Shown in pieces: positions 29,209 through 40,328 of a stretch of 51,996 nucleotides of DNA. The first letter of the stretch is position 1; every line of letters starts with the position of its first letter. The notes under the pieces are model-generated. The model searched no databases. It saw only the letters and a program-made list of their open reading frames with translations, and was not told the origin of the DNA. The DNA is from Thermotogota bacterium (GTDB taxonomy: Bacteria; Thermotogota; Thermotogae; Petrotogales; Petrotogaceae). The translations under genes were made by a program, and so were the position numbers. Location: assembly GCA_051748045.1 (NCBI GenBank), contig JBNJGY010000009.1:1-51996 (forward strand), read 5' to 3'.

Positions 29209-29787
29209 TCAAATATAGAATTCTATTAATTTGTTGAAAATCTCTATTGCTTTTTGTGATTTTTTAGAGTCAACTCTCACAATAACCCTTTCCATATTGA
29301 ACAATTCATCTCTAACATTTTCACATTTCCCCATTAATATTATATCATCAATATTTTTAGATTTTATTGAAACTTCATCACCATATTTTATTTCACCTTT
29401 AAATGTAGATAAGGCAAGATAATTTGAAGCATTATAGTCTAATAAAACTGCATCTATTTTGTCATTTACTTTTAAAGGTAAAAATAATGGAATTCGAAAG
29501 TTTTTTCTTTTAGTAATATATTGAAAATCTTGTTTTATTTGTAGAGTGATATCATGCTCATTTTTATCAATACAAATACCATTCATTTTGAAAGTTCCAT
29601 TATACTGAATGTCTAATAATAAATTATCGTTTTTATTTACTTGAAAACTAGGTTTTACTATTTTTAATTTTTTATCTTTATAAGAAATTATTCGGGTTTC
29701 ATCGGAATATTGTTTTCCTCTTACACTTACTAAATTCCCCCTACTCAAAGCTAATTTTAAAATAATATATATTATTTCATTTTTCAT
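29209..29787 (-). CDS. Degenerate PilZ-like protein
   Basis: KRKNFRIP retained; DxSxxG replaced by DYNASN. Confidence 0.5.
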   Translation of the reverse strand: MKNEIIYIILKLALSRGNLVSVRGKQYSDETRIISYKDKKLKIVKPSFQVNKNDNLLLDIQYNGTFKMNGICIDKNEHDITLQIKQDFQYITKRKNFRIPLFLPLKVNDKIDAVLLDYNASNYLALSTFKGEIKYGDEVSIKSKNIDDIILMGKCENVRDELFNMERVIVRVDSKKSQKAIEIFNKLIEFYI

Positions 29788-29791
29788 ATAA

Positions 29792-30643
29792 TCAACTCAT
29801 CCCAAAAATATTTTTTAGTCTACTTGTAAAACTTTTCTCGGTCTTCGGTTCAACATCAAGTATATTATCAACTATCATTTCTAATGATTTTTTAAATTTA
29901 TTATTAATATCATGATTAACTAATGGTTTTTGACTTTTTATAGAATCATGTACTTTTTTATCATAATAAACATCATAAAAATTAGCGATATCTTTCCCTA
30001 AAAAATTATTTACAGTTTTCTTAATAACTTGTTTTACTGGTTCTATTTCATTTTTTTCTCTAATCATATTTAAAATAATGTCTAACTCAGAATGAACTCC
30101 AATGAATGAAAGTGCTTTTATCAATGTATAAGCATTTACTATTGCTGTTGGTTCTGGAATAGTTACTAAAAATATCTTATCAGAGGCTAAATAAAATGAA
30201 TTTAATTTATCTGAATATCCAGCGCCTATATCAATAATTAAATAGTCATGATCTCTAGCTAAAGAAAGAAAATCTTCTGTCATAGAGTAAGTAAACCCAT
30301 TTTGAAAAAGTTTCCAATCTTTAAAATCAAATCCAGAACTGACAACATTAACTCCATATTTTGTTTCTTGAATACATTGATCTAAAGTGGCTCTTCCATC
30401 AATATAATCACTCATATTATATTTAACATTTTTTCCTAAAAGTATTGCTGCATTAGCAAAACCAGCATCAGAATCAAAAAGAAGTACTGATTTACCCCTT
30501 TTTGCTAATTCTGCTGATAAATTTACAGAAAAGACTGATTTACCTACTCCACCTTTTCCGCCAGAAATAGATATTATTTTTGTATCTGATTTTTTAAATT
30601 GATTTCTTAAACTTTGGGCTTGATCTTGATAACCAGAACTCAT
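29792..30643 (-). CDS. flhG: MinD-like flagellar number regulator
   Basis: DQAQSLR, GGKGGVGKS, PEPTAIVNAY; follows flhF. Confidence 0.92.
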   Translation of the reverse strand: MSSGYQDQAQSLRNQFKKSDTKIISISGGKGGVGKSVFSVNLSAELAKRGKSVLLFDSDAGFANAAILLGKNVKYNMSDYIDGRATLDQCIQETKYGVNVVSSGFDFKDWKLFQNGFTYSMTEDFLSLARDHDYLIIDIGAGYSDKLNSFYLASDKIFLVTIPEPTAIVNAYTLIKALSFIGVHSELDIILNMIREKNEIEPVKQVIKKTVNNFLGKDIANFYDVYYDKKVHDSIKSQKPLVNHDINNKFKKSLEMIVDNILDVEPKTEKSFTSRLKNIFGMS

Positions 30644-32079
30644 TGTACTACCTCCTTGATTACGTCGGAAACTAATCTTTCATAATCAGGTTTTTCTATA
30701 TCATCTGGTACTTTTTGACCTGTAGTAATAAATTCAACAGGTAAATTAGTATATTTTGATAATGATATTATCTGACCTGTGGAAGATGTTTCATCCAATT
30801 TTGTAAAGATTAAAGAATCTGGATTCGAAATACTAAATTTTTCATATATATTTATTAGATCTTTTGTTTTAACATTAGAAGAACAAACCAATATCTTCTT
30901 GTCTGGCATAACTGTATCAATGAAAACCTTTAATTCTCCTAGTTGTAAATCATTTTTATGACTTCTTCCTGCGGTATCTATTAATATTACATCCATATCT
31001 CTCAAAGATTCAATTGTTAATTTTAAGTCTTTTGGAGTGTAACAAACGTGAGCAGGTATCCCCATTATATCAGCGTATATTTTTAATTGATCTGCTGCAG
31101 CAATTCTATAAGTATCTATTGTTACTATTGCGACTTTTTTGTTATTTCTTTTAATTATCGCTGCCATTTTTGCCAAAGTTGTTGTTTTACCAATTCCAGT
31201 TGGACCAACTAGCATTATTTTTCCATCGGGAATTTCTTCATTAGTTATTTTAATATCTTTAATTAATATATTTTTTATTTTGTTTAACAAACTAACATCA
31301 CTTTTCCAATTTTCAGTTATATTTTCTGAATCAAGTTCAGAAAATATTTCATCAATAATATTTTTACTTATTCCAGAATCTTTTAAATTATCTTTTAATT
31401 CTAAAGCATATTCATTTCCAGAATTTATTTTATTATTTAATTTATTAATTAAACTTTTAATTTCATCAATACCTTGATTATTATCTTCATTATTGTTTGG
31501 CTTTTTTTCTTTTGTATTTTCATTAAAATTTGTATTTGAGTTTAATGGCATCATTTTTGGTTTTTCTTCATTTTTGTTTTTTTTATTTATTAAACTGTTT
31601 TGATTTTCAGTATTGCCTCTACTATCATAAAAACTTTTAGCTTCTTCATCAATATTTTTTGATACTTCTCTTTGAGAATTAATCAATTCTAAAAGTGATT
31701 GCATATCATCATTTTCTTTTACATCGAATTTATTACCTTCTGTATTTTTATTTAAAGAATCACTATAAGAATTTTTTTTGTTATTTGTTTTTTCATGTTT
31801 ATTATTATTTATTCTTTCATTTAATCTTTTATTTCTTTGAACCATGTCGTTCATAGAATATATAGAATCTGAAGATGAATTATAGTTTTGATTAGTAGAA
31901 GAATTTTTTTCTTCTTCACTCAATACAGTAACTTCCACAAATTTTTGACCACCTATGCCTAAAAATCCACCTTTTTTAATTTTTTTAGTATCAAGAATAT
32001 ATGCATCATCACCAAAATCATTACGTATTTGTTCCATGGCTTCAGATATATTTTTAACCATATATTTTTTTACTTTCAT
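30640..32079 (-). CDS. flhF: Flagellar SRP-family GTPase
   Basis: MKVKKY..., GPTGIGKTTT, DTYRIAA, DTAGRS, TKLDET, GQKVPDD. Confidence 0.95.
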   Translation of the reverse strand: MKVKKYMVKNISEAMEQIRNDFGDDAYILDTKKIKKGGFLGIGGQKFVEVTVLSEEEKNSSTNQNYNSSSDSIYSMNDMVQRNKRLNERINNNKHEKTNNKKNSYSDSLNKNTEGNKFDVKENDDMQSLLELINSQREVSKNIDEEAKSFYDSRGNTENQNSLINKKNKNEEKPKMMPLNSNTNFNENTKEKKPNNNEDNNQGIDEIKSLINKLNNKINSGNEYALELKDNLKDSGISKNIIDEIFSELDSENITENWKSDVSLLNKIKNILIKDIKITNEEIPDGKIMLVGPTGIGKTTTLAKMAAIIKRNNKKVAIVTIDTYRIAAADQLKIYADIMGIPAHVCYTPKDLKLTIESLRDMDVILIDTAGRSHKNDLQLGELKVFIDTVMPDKKILVCSSNVKTKDLINIYEKFSISNPDSLIFTKLDETSSTGQIISLSKYTNLPVEFITTGQKVPDDIEKPDYERLVSDVIKEVVQ

Positions 32080-32090
32080 AAAAATACCTC

Positions 32091-34190
32091 CTAAATGGTA
32101 ATTACTTCATCTACATTTAAAGATAGATCAGATGGGATTTCTTCATAGGCAACTATGTTTATATTTTGAACAAATCTCAAAACTAAATTTGCTAGAGGGA
32201 ACCTTATGCTTTTAGAACAAATAAGAATTGGGTTATACCCTTTCATCATTAAGCCTTCTAATGATTTAGAAATTTTTTCAATCATAACATTACTGTATTC
32301 TGGTTCTAAAGCCAAATATCTTCCCTCTTCTCCATCAGAAATTGAATCTAATACTTTCTTTTCGACAGATGAATCTAAGGCAACTACATGAATTTGATTA
32401 TCGGAAGATTTAAGACCTTCACAAATCTGTCTACCTAAACCAATTCTTACATTTTCAACTAACTTTTCTAAATCATAACCATATTTATCGGCTGTTTCTA
32501 TAAGGTTTTCAAAGATAACTGGCATATTTCTTATAGAAATTTTTTCATATAATAGAGATTGAACTATATTCTTAATCTCATGCATTTTTAACATTGAAGG
32601 AATTAATGTATCTACAAGTGTTGCATTTTTTACTCTTAAGCCTTCTATTATAATTTCTAATTCTCTTATTCCTATAATTTCATGTGAATATTTTTTAATC
32701 AATTCAGACAAATGTGTTGCAAAAACACTTGGTGCATCTACTACAGTATAACCTGCATTAATAGCTTCTTCTTTTTGAGATTCATCTACCCAGTAGGCTT
32801 TCAACCCGAAAGCTGGTTCTTCTGATTCTATTCCAGATAATTCCTCAGAAGCCATACCTGAATTAATTGCAAATAATCTATCAGGAATCAATTCAAATCT
32901 ACCTATTTCTACTCCCTTTAATTTAATCATATATTCATTAGAACTCAATAAAACACTATCTCGAATTCTAACTGGAGCAATTACTATACCCATTTCATAA
33001 GCTATTTGTTTTCTCACAATAGTAATTCTATCTAATAAATCTCCACCTTGTTGAGGATCAGCTAATGGTATCAAACCATAACCAATATCTACTTCAATTG
33101 TATCATTTTGAATAACTTCTGAAACTTCGTTAGGAGATGTTAATGGTGGTGAAGAAGATCTTCTTTGTTCTTCACCTGATTCTTTTTTATCAGTAGTTGA
33201 AAATGAATCGACAGCTCCACCAGCGCCTTGCATTGCTAATTCTTGTTTCATAGATTTATTTTCAAAATATGCAATAGCTATAAAACCTCCACCTAATATT
33301 AAAGTAGGTAATATAGGTAAAGGAGAAACTAATCCTATTGTAATTAATACTCCACCTGTTATATTCATAACTTTTCTATCGCTTGTTAATTCTGCAATAA
33401 CGTCATTCCCAAAATTTTCTTTTGATGCAGCACGAGATACAACCATACCAGAAGCAGTAGAGATTAACAATGCGGGAATTTGAGCAACTAACCCGTCTCC
33501 AACTGTCAAAAGAGTATATAATTGGGCTGCTTCTCCAATTGACATGCCATGAGTAATTGACCCTATTAATAAACCACCAACAACGTTTATCACTGTAATT
33601 ATCAATCCTGCTATAGCATCTCCCCTAACAAATTTACTAGCTCCGTCCATAGCCCCATAAAAATCTGCTTCTCTTCTAATTTCTTCTCTTCTATTCTTGG
33701 CTTCTTCTTCTGAGACTAAACCAGAAGATAAATCTGCATCAATGCTCATTTGCTTACCAGGCATGGCATCAAGAGTAAATCTAGCTGTAACTTCAGATAT
33801 TCTTTCAGCACCTTTAGTAATAACTAAGAATTGAATAATAACCAAAATCAAAAATATAACAATACCAACAATAAAATTTCCTCCAACAACAAAATCTCCA
33901 AAAGTTCTAATTACTTGACCATCAAAATCTTCTCCTCTTAATAATATTAATCGAGTAGAAGATACATTTAATGACAATCTTAATAGAGTAGTAATTAAGA
34001 GTAATGAAGGAAAAGAAGAAATATCCAAAGCTCTCTTAACATAAAGAGAGGATAATAAAATTATTATAGACAAAGAAATATTAAATAATTGCAATAAATC
34101 CAAAAGAAATGGTGGTATTGGTAATACCATTAGCAATACCATACCTACAATTAATAATGCAATAAATACATCTAACCCTTTAAATTTCAT
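32091..34190 (-). CDS. flhA: Flagellar export protein FlhA
   Basis: RLSLNVSSTR, ARFTLDAMPGKQMSIDAD, FYGAMDGASKFVRGDA. Confidence 0.98.
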   Translation of the reverse strand: MKFKGLDVFIALLIVGMVLLMVLPIPPFLLDLLQLFNISLSIIILLSSLYVKRALDISSFPSLLLITTLLRLSLNVSSTRLILLRGEDFDGQVIRTFGDFVVGGNFIVGIVIFLILVIIQFLVITKGAERISEVTARFTLDAMPGKQMSIDADLSSGLVSEEEAKNRREEIRREADFYGAMDGASKFVRGDAIAGLIITVINVVGGLLIGSITHGMSIGEAAQLYTLLTVGDGLVAQIPALLISTASGMVVSRAASKENFGNDVIAELTSDRKVMNITGGVLITIGLVSPLPILPTLILGGGFIAIAYFENKSMKQELAMQGAGGAVDSFSTTDKKESGEEQRRSSSPPLTSPNEVSEVIQNDTIEVDIGYGLIPLADPQQGGDLLDRITIVRKQIAYEMGIVIAPVRIRDSVLLSSNEYMIKLKGVEIGRFELIPDRLFAINSGMASEELSGIESEEPAFGLKAYWVDESQKEEAINAGYTVVDAPSVFATHLSELIKKYSHEIIGIRELEIIIEGLRVKNATLVDTLIPSMLKMHEIKNIVQSLLYEKISIRNMPVIFENLIETADKYGYDLEKLVENVRIGLGRQICEGLKSSDNQIHVVALDSSVEKKVLDSISDGEEGRYLALEPEYSNVMIEKISKSLEGLMMKGYNPILICSKSIRFPLANLVLRFVQNINIVAYEEIPSDLSLNVDEVITI

Positions 34191-34199
34191 GTAAACACC

Positions 34200-35336
34200 T
34201 CAAGATTTATTAATATTATAAACATATGCTAATACTTCTGCTACAGGTTTATATAATTCTTCTGTGATTTCCTCATCAATATCAACTTCACTGTATAATG
34301 CTCTAGCTAATACTGGTTTTTGAACAATAGGAACATTATTTTCTTTAGCAACTTCCCTTATTTTAAATGCAATCTCATCCATTCCTTTTGCTACAACTTT
34401 TGGTGCTCCCATTAGTTCAGATTCATATCTTATAGCAACAGAATAATGAGTAGGATTTGTTACTACAACATCTGCTGTTGGAACCTCTTGAATCATCCTA
34501 GAAAAAACTATTTTTTGCATAAATTCTTTTTGCTTTTTTTTGACTTCTGGGTTACCTTCCATATCTTTATGTTCATCTTTAACTTCTTTTTTAGTCATCC
34601 TAAGATTTTTTTTGTATTCATATTTTTGATACCAAAAATCTACTAAACTAATAATCAATAGAGCTATTCCTAATTTAAACATAATTTCTAATATTAAAGA
34701 AACAGTAAATGAAATAGATGAAGCAATATCTTGATCTACTAATCCTGTAACAGTATCTATATTTTCAACTATAATTTGATAAGATAATATACCTACAATA
34801 GCTAATTTAGATAGGTTTTTTAATAACTCTACTACTTTTTTTAAGCTGAAGAGATTTTTAAAACCTTTAACAGGATTAATTTTAGAAATATCAAACTGAA
34901 CAGCTTTTGGAGCTAACAAAAATTTTGTTTGAATTAATCCCAACATCAAAGAAATCAAAGCTCCACCAATAAATAGAAAAGCTATTTTTACCCAGAGCGA
35001 TGAATGCAAAGTCATTCCATAAGTAATCAAATTTTGATCTATTATCTCTATATTTAAATCAAAGTAATCATAAAATATCTTAACTATATCATCCACTATA
35101 GCTGCTCCAAAAGAATAGAGTAATGCTGTAACAGCTAAAAAACTAACGCCCATATTAAATTCTTTTGATTGAGATACATTACCTTCTTCTCTAGCTTTTT
35201 CAATTCGTCTTTGAGTTGGATCTTCTGTTTTATCTGGATCTGCAAATAATTGTAAATCTATTGAGAAAGAAGAATTATTGATTTTTTTACCCAATAGTAC
35301 ATGTCGAAAAATATCTGAGAAATTTCTTCTTCCCAT
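34200..35336 (-). CDS. flhB: Flagellar export switch protein FlhB
   Basis: KTEDPT, EGNPEVK, NPTH autocleavage site, APKVVAKG; GGTGGTGAT RBS before ATG 35336. Confidence 0.96.
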   Translation of the reverse strand: MGRRNFSDIFRHVLLGKKINNSSFSIDLQLFADPDKTEDPTQRRIEKAREEGNVSQSKEFNMGVSFLAVTALLYSFGAAIVDDIVKIFYDYFDLNIEIIDQNLITYGMTLHSSLWVKIAFLFIGGALISLMLGLIQTKFLLAPKAVQFDISKINPVKGFKNLFSLKKVVELLKNLSKLAIVGILSYQIIVENIDTVTGLVDQDIASSISFTVSLILEIMFKLGIALLIISLVDFWYQKYEYKKNLRMTKKEVKDEHKDMEGNPEVKKKQKEFMQKIVFSRMIQEVPTADVVVTNPTHYSVAIRYESELMGAPKVVAKGMDEIAFKIREVAKENNVPIVQKPVLARALYSEVDIDEEITEELYKPVAEVLAYVYNINKS

Positions 35337-36028
35337 GTAACAATCACCACCATAATAATTAAAAAGCCTACTAATATATTTAAAGGTAATCCAACCATAA
35401 AAACATTCATTTGAGGAATTAATCTAGATATTATTCCTAAAGCTACTTTTATAAAAATCATAAATGCAGTAATAGGCATAGCAAATTGTAACCCAATCAC
35501 TAAAATATCTCCCAATTTTTGTGCAAATACTATATAGGAATTCCCATCTAAACTAAATAAAGCAGGAACTTTTTCAAATGAAGAAATAATCAATTCATAC
35601 ATTAGTATATGACCCTTTAAAAGAAAGAAAATAACCGATGCAAAAATAAAAGATAATTGTGAAATTAACGAAACTTGTTCATTTAAATTAGGATCCAAAA
35701 CATTTGCTAAGGCAAAACCCATTTGGATTCCCATAAATTCTCCAGCGAATTGAACTGCGTAGAAAACTAATTGAATCATTATTCCTATAGTTATTCCAAA
35801 TAAAAAATTGACTAAAAGATGATAAAAAATCATAAACAAATTTCCATCTATAGGAAAAACTTGAGTTACAGAAGGCAATATTAAATATGATAAAAATAAT
35901 CCTATGAAAATTTTAACTACATTTGGTACAAAAGAAGAACTTAAATAAGGTATTAATAAAGTTATTCCAGCAAGTCTTGCAAAAACAAAGAAAAAAATCC
36001 ATAATTTATAATCCATAAGGATTTCCAT
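35258..36028 (-). CDS. fliR: Flagellar export protein FliR
   Basis: AGEFMGIQMGF, DP, RLIPQMNVFMVGLP. Confidence 0.95.
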   Translation of the reverse strand: MEILMDYKLWIFFFVFARLAGITLLIPYLSSSFVPNVVKIFIGLFLSYLILPSVTQVFPIDGNLFMIFYHLLVNFLFGITIGIMIQLVFYAVQFAGEFMGIQMGFALANVLDPNLNEQVSLISQLSFIFASVIFFLLKGHILMYELIISSFEKVPALFSLDGNSYIVFAQKLGDILVIGLQFAMPITAFMIFIKVALGIISRLIPQMNVFMVGLPLNILVGFLIIMVVIVTWEEEISQIFFDMYYWVKKSIILLSQ

Positions 36029-36295
36029 TTAAATCATTCCCATATAATCAGTAAATAACATAGTTGCATAATCAGCTATTTGTTGTACAATCCAACCAAA
36101 AAATAAAGCTATTGACAAAAAGGTTACAATTATTTTTGGAGCAAATGTCAAAGTTTGCTCTTGAATTTGAGTTACAGCTTGGAATATACTTATTATAAGC
36201 CCTACTGCTATACTTATAAGCAATATGGGGGTAATTGTAGCTAAAAAAACATTAATACCTGATACAAAAGCTTCTATAAAGAGTTCTTCAGTCAT
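36029..36295 (-). CDS. fliQ: Flagellar export protein FliQ
   Basis: GLIISIFQAVTQIQEQTLTFAPK. Confidence 0.97.
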   Translation of the reverse strand: MTEELFIEAFVSGINVFLATITPILLISIAVGLIISIFQAVTQIQEQTLTFAPKIIVTFLSIALFFGWIVQQIADYATMLFTDYMGMI

Positions 36296-36297
36296 TT

Positions 36298-37065
36298 TTA
36301 AACACCCCTAAAACTTCTAATCAAACTACCTACTAATACATCCCAACCGTTGACTATTACAAATAGCATTATTTTGAAAGGTAAAGATATCAGTACTGGT
36401 GGAATCATCATCATACCCATAGATAACAAAATACTTGCTACAACCATATCAACTAGTATAAAAGGAATATAAATCAAAACACCCATTTTAAAAGCAATTT
36501 CAAGCTCACTCAAAGCAAAGGCTGGAACTAAAATTTGAAAAGGAGTATCGTTTATATCCTCAACGGGTTGATCTAAATAATTGGCCAGCATAAAAACATT
36601 ATCTTGGTTTTTATGAGCTATTATTTCTCTGGTCATGAACCCTTTAAATTCATTCCATGAATTATTTAACGCTTCTTCATAACCAATTTCTCCTTCGTTA
36701 TATGGAACTATAGCATTATCATAAACATTGGTAAATATTGGAAACATTATCATTACTGTTAAAAATAAAGCTAATGCCAATAGTACTTGATTTGGTGGTG
36801 CTTGCCTAGTTCCCAATGCTTGTCTTAGAAACCCCAAAACTACAATTAATCTGGTAAAAGAAGTCAACATCATCAAAAAACCCGGAGCTAAAGAAATGAC
36901 TGTAATTATTAACAAAATTTCTAAAGCTGGTGTCAAAGAATTAGTTGCTTCTCCCTCAATATTAATACTCACATCAGGTAACCCTGGAGTAGTTTGAGGA
37001 AAAGAAGAAACAGAAATCAATAAAATTAAACTAATTAAAATAATCTTTAAAACTCTATTTTTCAT
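36298..37065 (-). CDS. fliP: Flagellar export protein FliP
   Basis: TSFTRLIVVLGFLRQALGTRQAPPNQ, GMMMIPPVLISLPFK. Confidence 0.97.
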   Translation of the reverse strand: MKNRVLKIILISLILLISVSSFPQTTPGLPDVSINIEGEATNSLTPALEILLIITVISLAPGFLMMLTSFTRLIVVLGFLRQALGTRQAPPNQVLLALALFLTVMIMFPIFTNVYDNAIVPYNEGEIGYEEALNNSWNEFKGFMTREIIAHKNQDNVFMLANYLDQPVEDINDTPFQILVPAFALSELEIAFKMGVLIYIPFILVDMVVASILLSMGMMMIPPVLISLPFKIMLFVIVNGWDVLVGSLIRSFRGV

Positions 37066-37441
37066 TACTCTTCTTCTCCTTATTCAATACAGAAGCAAAA
37101 GTATTAACAAAATTATTTTTATTTTCTACTATATCTTGAATTTCATCATATTCTATTTTTTTTATTATTTCACTAGAAGAATTAGAAAACAATACCATGT
37201 AATATTCGTCAAATATTTTTAAAATCCCTATATAAAAATTTCTATCTATAAAAAACTTTTTCACTAATCCTATTCTTGTATTTCTTGTACCGCCTTTCAT
37301 AAGCCTGCTGAGCAAAAAATACAAAACTCCCATTAATACAAGAACTAGTATAATTGTAATTAACCAAAAGAATATAGAAATTCCTCCACTGCTACCTAAG
37401 GCTGTGGAGGATGCATCATTACTAACTTGTTCTAAATTCAT
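37055..37441 (-). CDS. FliO/FliZ-like membrane protein
   Basis: Single TM helix plus beta-rich tail; position between cheY and fliP. Confidence 0.7.
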   Translation of the reverse strand: MNLEQVSNDASSTALGSSGGISIFFWLITIILVLVLMGVLYFLLSRLMKGGTRNTRIGLVKKFFIDRNFYIGILKIFDEYYMVLFSNSSSEIIKKIEYDEIQDIVENKNNFVNTFASVLNKEKKSNEK

Positions 37442-37806
37442 TAACCTTGCTCCAATTTTTGGATTGCTTCTATAACTCTATTTGATTGGAATGGTTTTAC
37501 TATAAAATCTTTTGCTCCTGCTTGAATCGCTTCAATAACCATTGCTTGTTGCCCCATAGCAGAACAAACTATTATTTTTGCATCTGCATCTATTTCTTTT
37601 ATTTCTTTTATGGCTTGAATACCATCCATTACTGGCATTGTTATATCCATAGTCACAAAATCAGGACTTAATTCTTTAAATTTCTCTACAGCTTCTTGGC
37701 CATTAGCTGCTTCTCCAGCTATTTCATATCCTGCTTTTGTTAGTGTATCTTTTAATATCATTCTCATAAATGCAGCATCATCTGTAATTAAAACACTTTT
37801 ACCCAT
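37441..37806 (-). CDS. cheY: Chemotaxis response regulator
   Basis: DDAAFMR, DITMPVMDG, CSAMGQQ, KPF; start at ATG 37806 after GGAGGT. Confidence 0.96.
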   Translation of the reverse strand: MGKSVLITDDAAFMRMILKDTLTKAGYEIAGEAANGQEAVEKFKELSPDFVTMDITMPVMDGIQAIKEIKEIDADAKIIVCSAMGQQAMVIEAIQAGAKDFIVKPFQSNRVIEAIQKLEQG

Positions 37807-37833
37807 TAAATAGGCACCTCCCAAAAATATATC

Positions 37834-38259
37834 TTAATTTATTTTTTCTAAGTTTAATATTGCCCTAATATCTAAATAGATTATTAAACGGTTATTTACT
37901 TTTATTGTGCCTTTTACTTTACCAGTATATACATCATTTTTAGATTGAATATTTTCCAAATTTGTTTCATCTATAGATAAAACATTTTTTACTTCATCAA
38001 CAAAAACTCCAATTTCTTGTTCATCAATTTTCAAAATCAAAATATTTTCAAATTCATGTTCTTCAGGTAATCTTATATTGATTTTTTTCGTTAAATCAAC
38101 AACAGGAACTATTCTACCTCTTAAATTTATTACACCGTTTATAAAATCTCTTGATTTTGGCACAGGAGTTACTTCTTCAATATCTACTACGCTTTCAATC
38201 TCTTCTACTTCTATAGCATATTCCTGATTATGAATTTGAAATGAAAGAACATCTGTCAT
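37834..38259 (-). CDS. cheW: Chemotaxis coupling protein
   Basis: TPVP, GVINLRGRIVPVVDL, VDEV. Confidence 0.95.
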   Translation of the reverse strand: MTDVLSFQIHNQEYAIEVEEIESVVDIEEVTPVPKSRDFINGVINLRGRIVPVVDLTKKINIRLPEEHEFENILILKIDEQEIGVFVDEVKNVLSIDETNLENIQSKNDVYTGKVKGTIKVNNRLIIYLDIRAILNLEKIN

Positions 38260-38273
38260 AAAAATACCTCCTG

Positions 38274-40328
38274 TTAAATTAATGATGCCACATCTAATAT
38301 CAATGCAATGCTTCCGTCTCCAAGAATTGCTCCTCCACTAAATTCTTTTACATCAGTGAGTAAAGAACCTAATGATTTAATAACTATATCATCTTGACCA
38401 AGCAATTTATCTACAATAACACCAAATTTTTTGTTTCCCACTTTTATTATAACAATATTTTCTTGTTCATCATCTTTTTTTCTTTCATAACCAAATATTT
38501 CTCTTAGTCTTACTATTGGTATAACTTCACCTCTTAACATAAATACTTCTCTATCTTGAACTTCTTTTAATTCTCCATCGCTGATTTTTTGTGTAGTATC
38601 AATATTAGCAATAGGAATTGCATAAACTTGTTTGTTTACAGTAATTAATAAAGCTTCTATAATAGCAAGAGTTAAAGGAAGTCTTATTGTAACTTTGGTG
38701 CCTTTACCTTTTTCTGATTCTATAGATACAGTCCCGTTTAAACCTTCTACAGTAGATTTGACAACATCCATACCTACCCCTCTACCAGATAATTCTGTAG
38801 CTTGTTCTTTTGTTGAAAAACCAGCTTCAAAAATTAAGCTATAAACTTCTTCATCTGATAAAGATTGAGCTTTTTGTTGGTCTATTACACCCCTACTTAT
38901 TGCTTTATTAATAATTTGCTCTCTATCTAAACCTTTTCCATCATCTTCTATTTCTATAATTACTCCATTACCTTCATGTCTAGCTGATAATTTAATTGTT
39001 CCTGTTTTAGGTTTTCCTTTAGCTATTCTTTTCTCCGGTGATTCAATTCCGTGATCTAAAGAATTTCTAATCAAATGAATTAAAGGATCGCCAATTTCAT
39101 CAGCTACAGTTCTATCTAATTCTGTATCTTCTCCTTCAATGATTAAATTTATTTCTTTCTTTAAATCTTTTGATATATCTCTTACAAGCCTTGGATATCT
39201 ATTGAAAACAAATGCTACAGGAACCATTCTTACTTTCATAACGATATTTTGAAGGTCTAGGGTGATCCTTGAAAGTTGAGACAAACTTTCATCAACTTCT
39301 TTTATGCTATATTTTTTCAAAGTTTCAAGAATTCTACTTCTTGATATAACTAATTCTGCCATTAAGTTCATTAATTCATCTAATTTTTTGATATCAACTC
39401 TTATCGATTGAGTTGTTTTGACTTTTCTTTTAGATGATTTATCATTATTATCTTTCTCTAATTTATTATCTTCTTGTTCTTTAACTTCTTCTTTTTCAAA
39501 TAATTTTTCATCAAATTCTTCTATTAATACTGCTTCTACTTCAGATACAGTTTTTATAGCAGATACTAATTTATCTTCTGTTTGATTTGATATGATTCCA
39601 AAAACTAACTCTCTATCAAATTTTTCCTCTTCAATTTCTTCACTAGTAGGATCAGAATATACAATCTCACTTTTTAATTCTTCAAATTTATGAACAACCA
39701 TAAATGCTCTTGCTAGTTTTAATTGAACTCCTTCTTTTAATATTACTTTTACAAAATAAAAATTCAAGTCATCTTCTTTTGCTTTTTCGTTCACTTTCTT
39801 CATCGTTTCTTTTGTTTCGTGATCTATATCAACAAAAAAAGAATCTTCAGAAATATTTTTTAATTTATTTTCTTCTTCAGGTTTATCAGTTTCTGTATTT
39901 TCAACCTTTTCTTCTTTTTCGGAAGAGTCCTTTACTATTTTTCCTTCTTTTAAAAGCTTTTCAAATTGTTTATTAGTTTTTTCGACAGAATCAGTATGAC
40001 CTTTACCACCATTTTGTATATCATTTAAAGAATCATCAAGTGCATCTAATCCCTTAAAAAGAAGATCCACTATATCGTCATCTATTTTTATTTTCTCATT
40101 TCTAATGTTATCAAGAGTATTTTCCATAGAATGGCACATTTTAGCCAATTCATCAAAACCCAAAGTACCTGCCATGCCTTTTAAAGTATGCATAATTCTA
40201 AAAATTTCGTTTAATATTTCAAGATTTTCCTTATCGTTCTCTAAACTTAATAAACTATCATTAAGATTTTGGACATTTTCTCTGGCTTCTTCCAAAAATA
40301 CACTTAAATAAACATCCATATCACTCAT
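38274..40328 (-). CDS. cheA: Chemotaxis histidine kinase
   Basis: FRIMHTLKG (Hpt), [29 protein letters not shown], CheW domain; start at ATG 40328 after GGAGG. Confidence 0.97.
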   Translation of the reverse strand: MSDMDVYLSVFLEEARENVQNLNDSLLSLENDKENLEILNEIFRIMHTLKGMAGTLGFDELAKMCHSMENTLDNIRNEKIKIDDDIVDLLFKGLDALDDSLNDIQNGGKGHTDSVEKTNKQFEKLLKEGKIVKDSSEKEEKVENTETDKPEEENKLKNISEDSFFVDIDHETKETMKKVNEKAKEDDLNFYFVKVILKEGVQLKLARAFMVVHKFEELKSEIVYSDPTSEEIEEEKFDRELVFGIISNQTEDKLVSAIKTVSEVEAVLIEEFDEKLFEKEEVKEQEDNKLEKDNNDKSSKRKVKTTQSIRVDIKKLDELMNLMAELVISRSRILETLKKYSIKEVDESLSQLSRITLDLQNIVMKVRMVPVAFVFNRYPRLVRDISKDLKKEINLIIEGEDTELDRTVADEIGDPLIHLIRNSLDHGIESPEKRIAKGKPKTGTIKLSARHEGNGVIIEIEDDGKGLDREQIINKAISRGVIDQQKAQSLSDEEVYSLIFEAGFSTKEQATELSGRGVGMDVVKSTVEGLNGTVSIESEKGKGTKVTIRLPLTLAIIEALLITVNKQVYAIPIANIDTTQKISDGELKEVQDREVFMLRGEVIPIVRLREIFGYERKKDDEQENIVIIKVGNKKFGVIVDKLLGQDDIVIKSLGSLLTDVKEFSGGAILGDGSIALILDVASLI

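Noticed and set aside
31440-31900. Asn/Lys-rich low-complexity stretch in flhF
   Set aside because: Expected disordered B-domain of FlhF.
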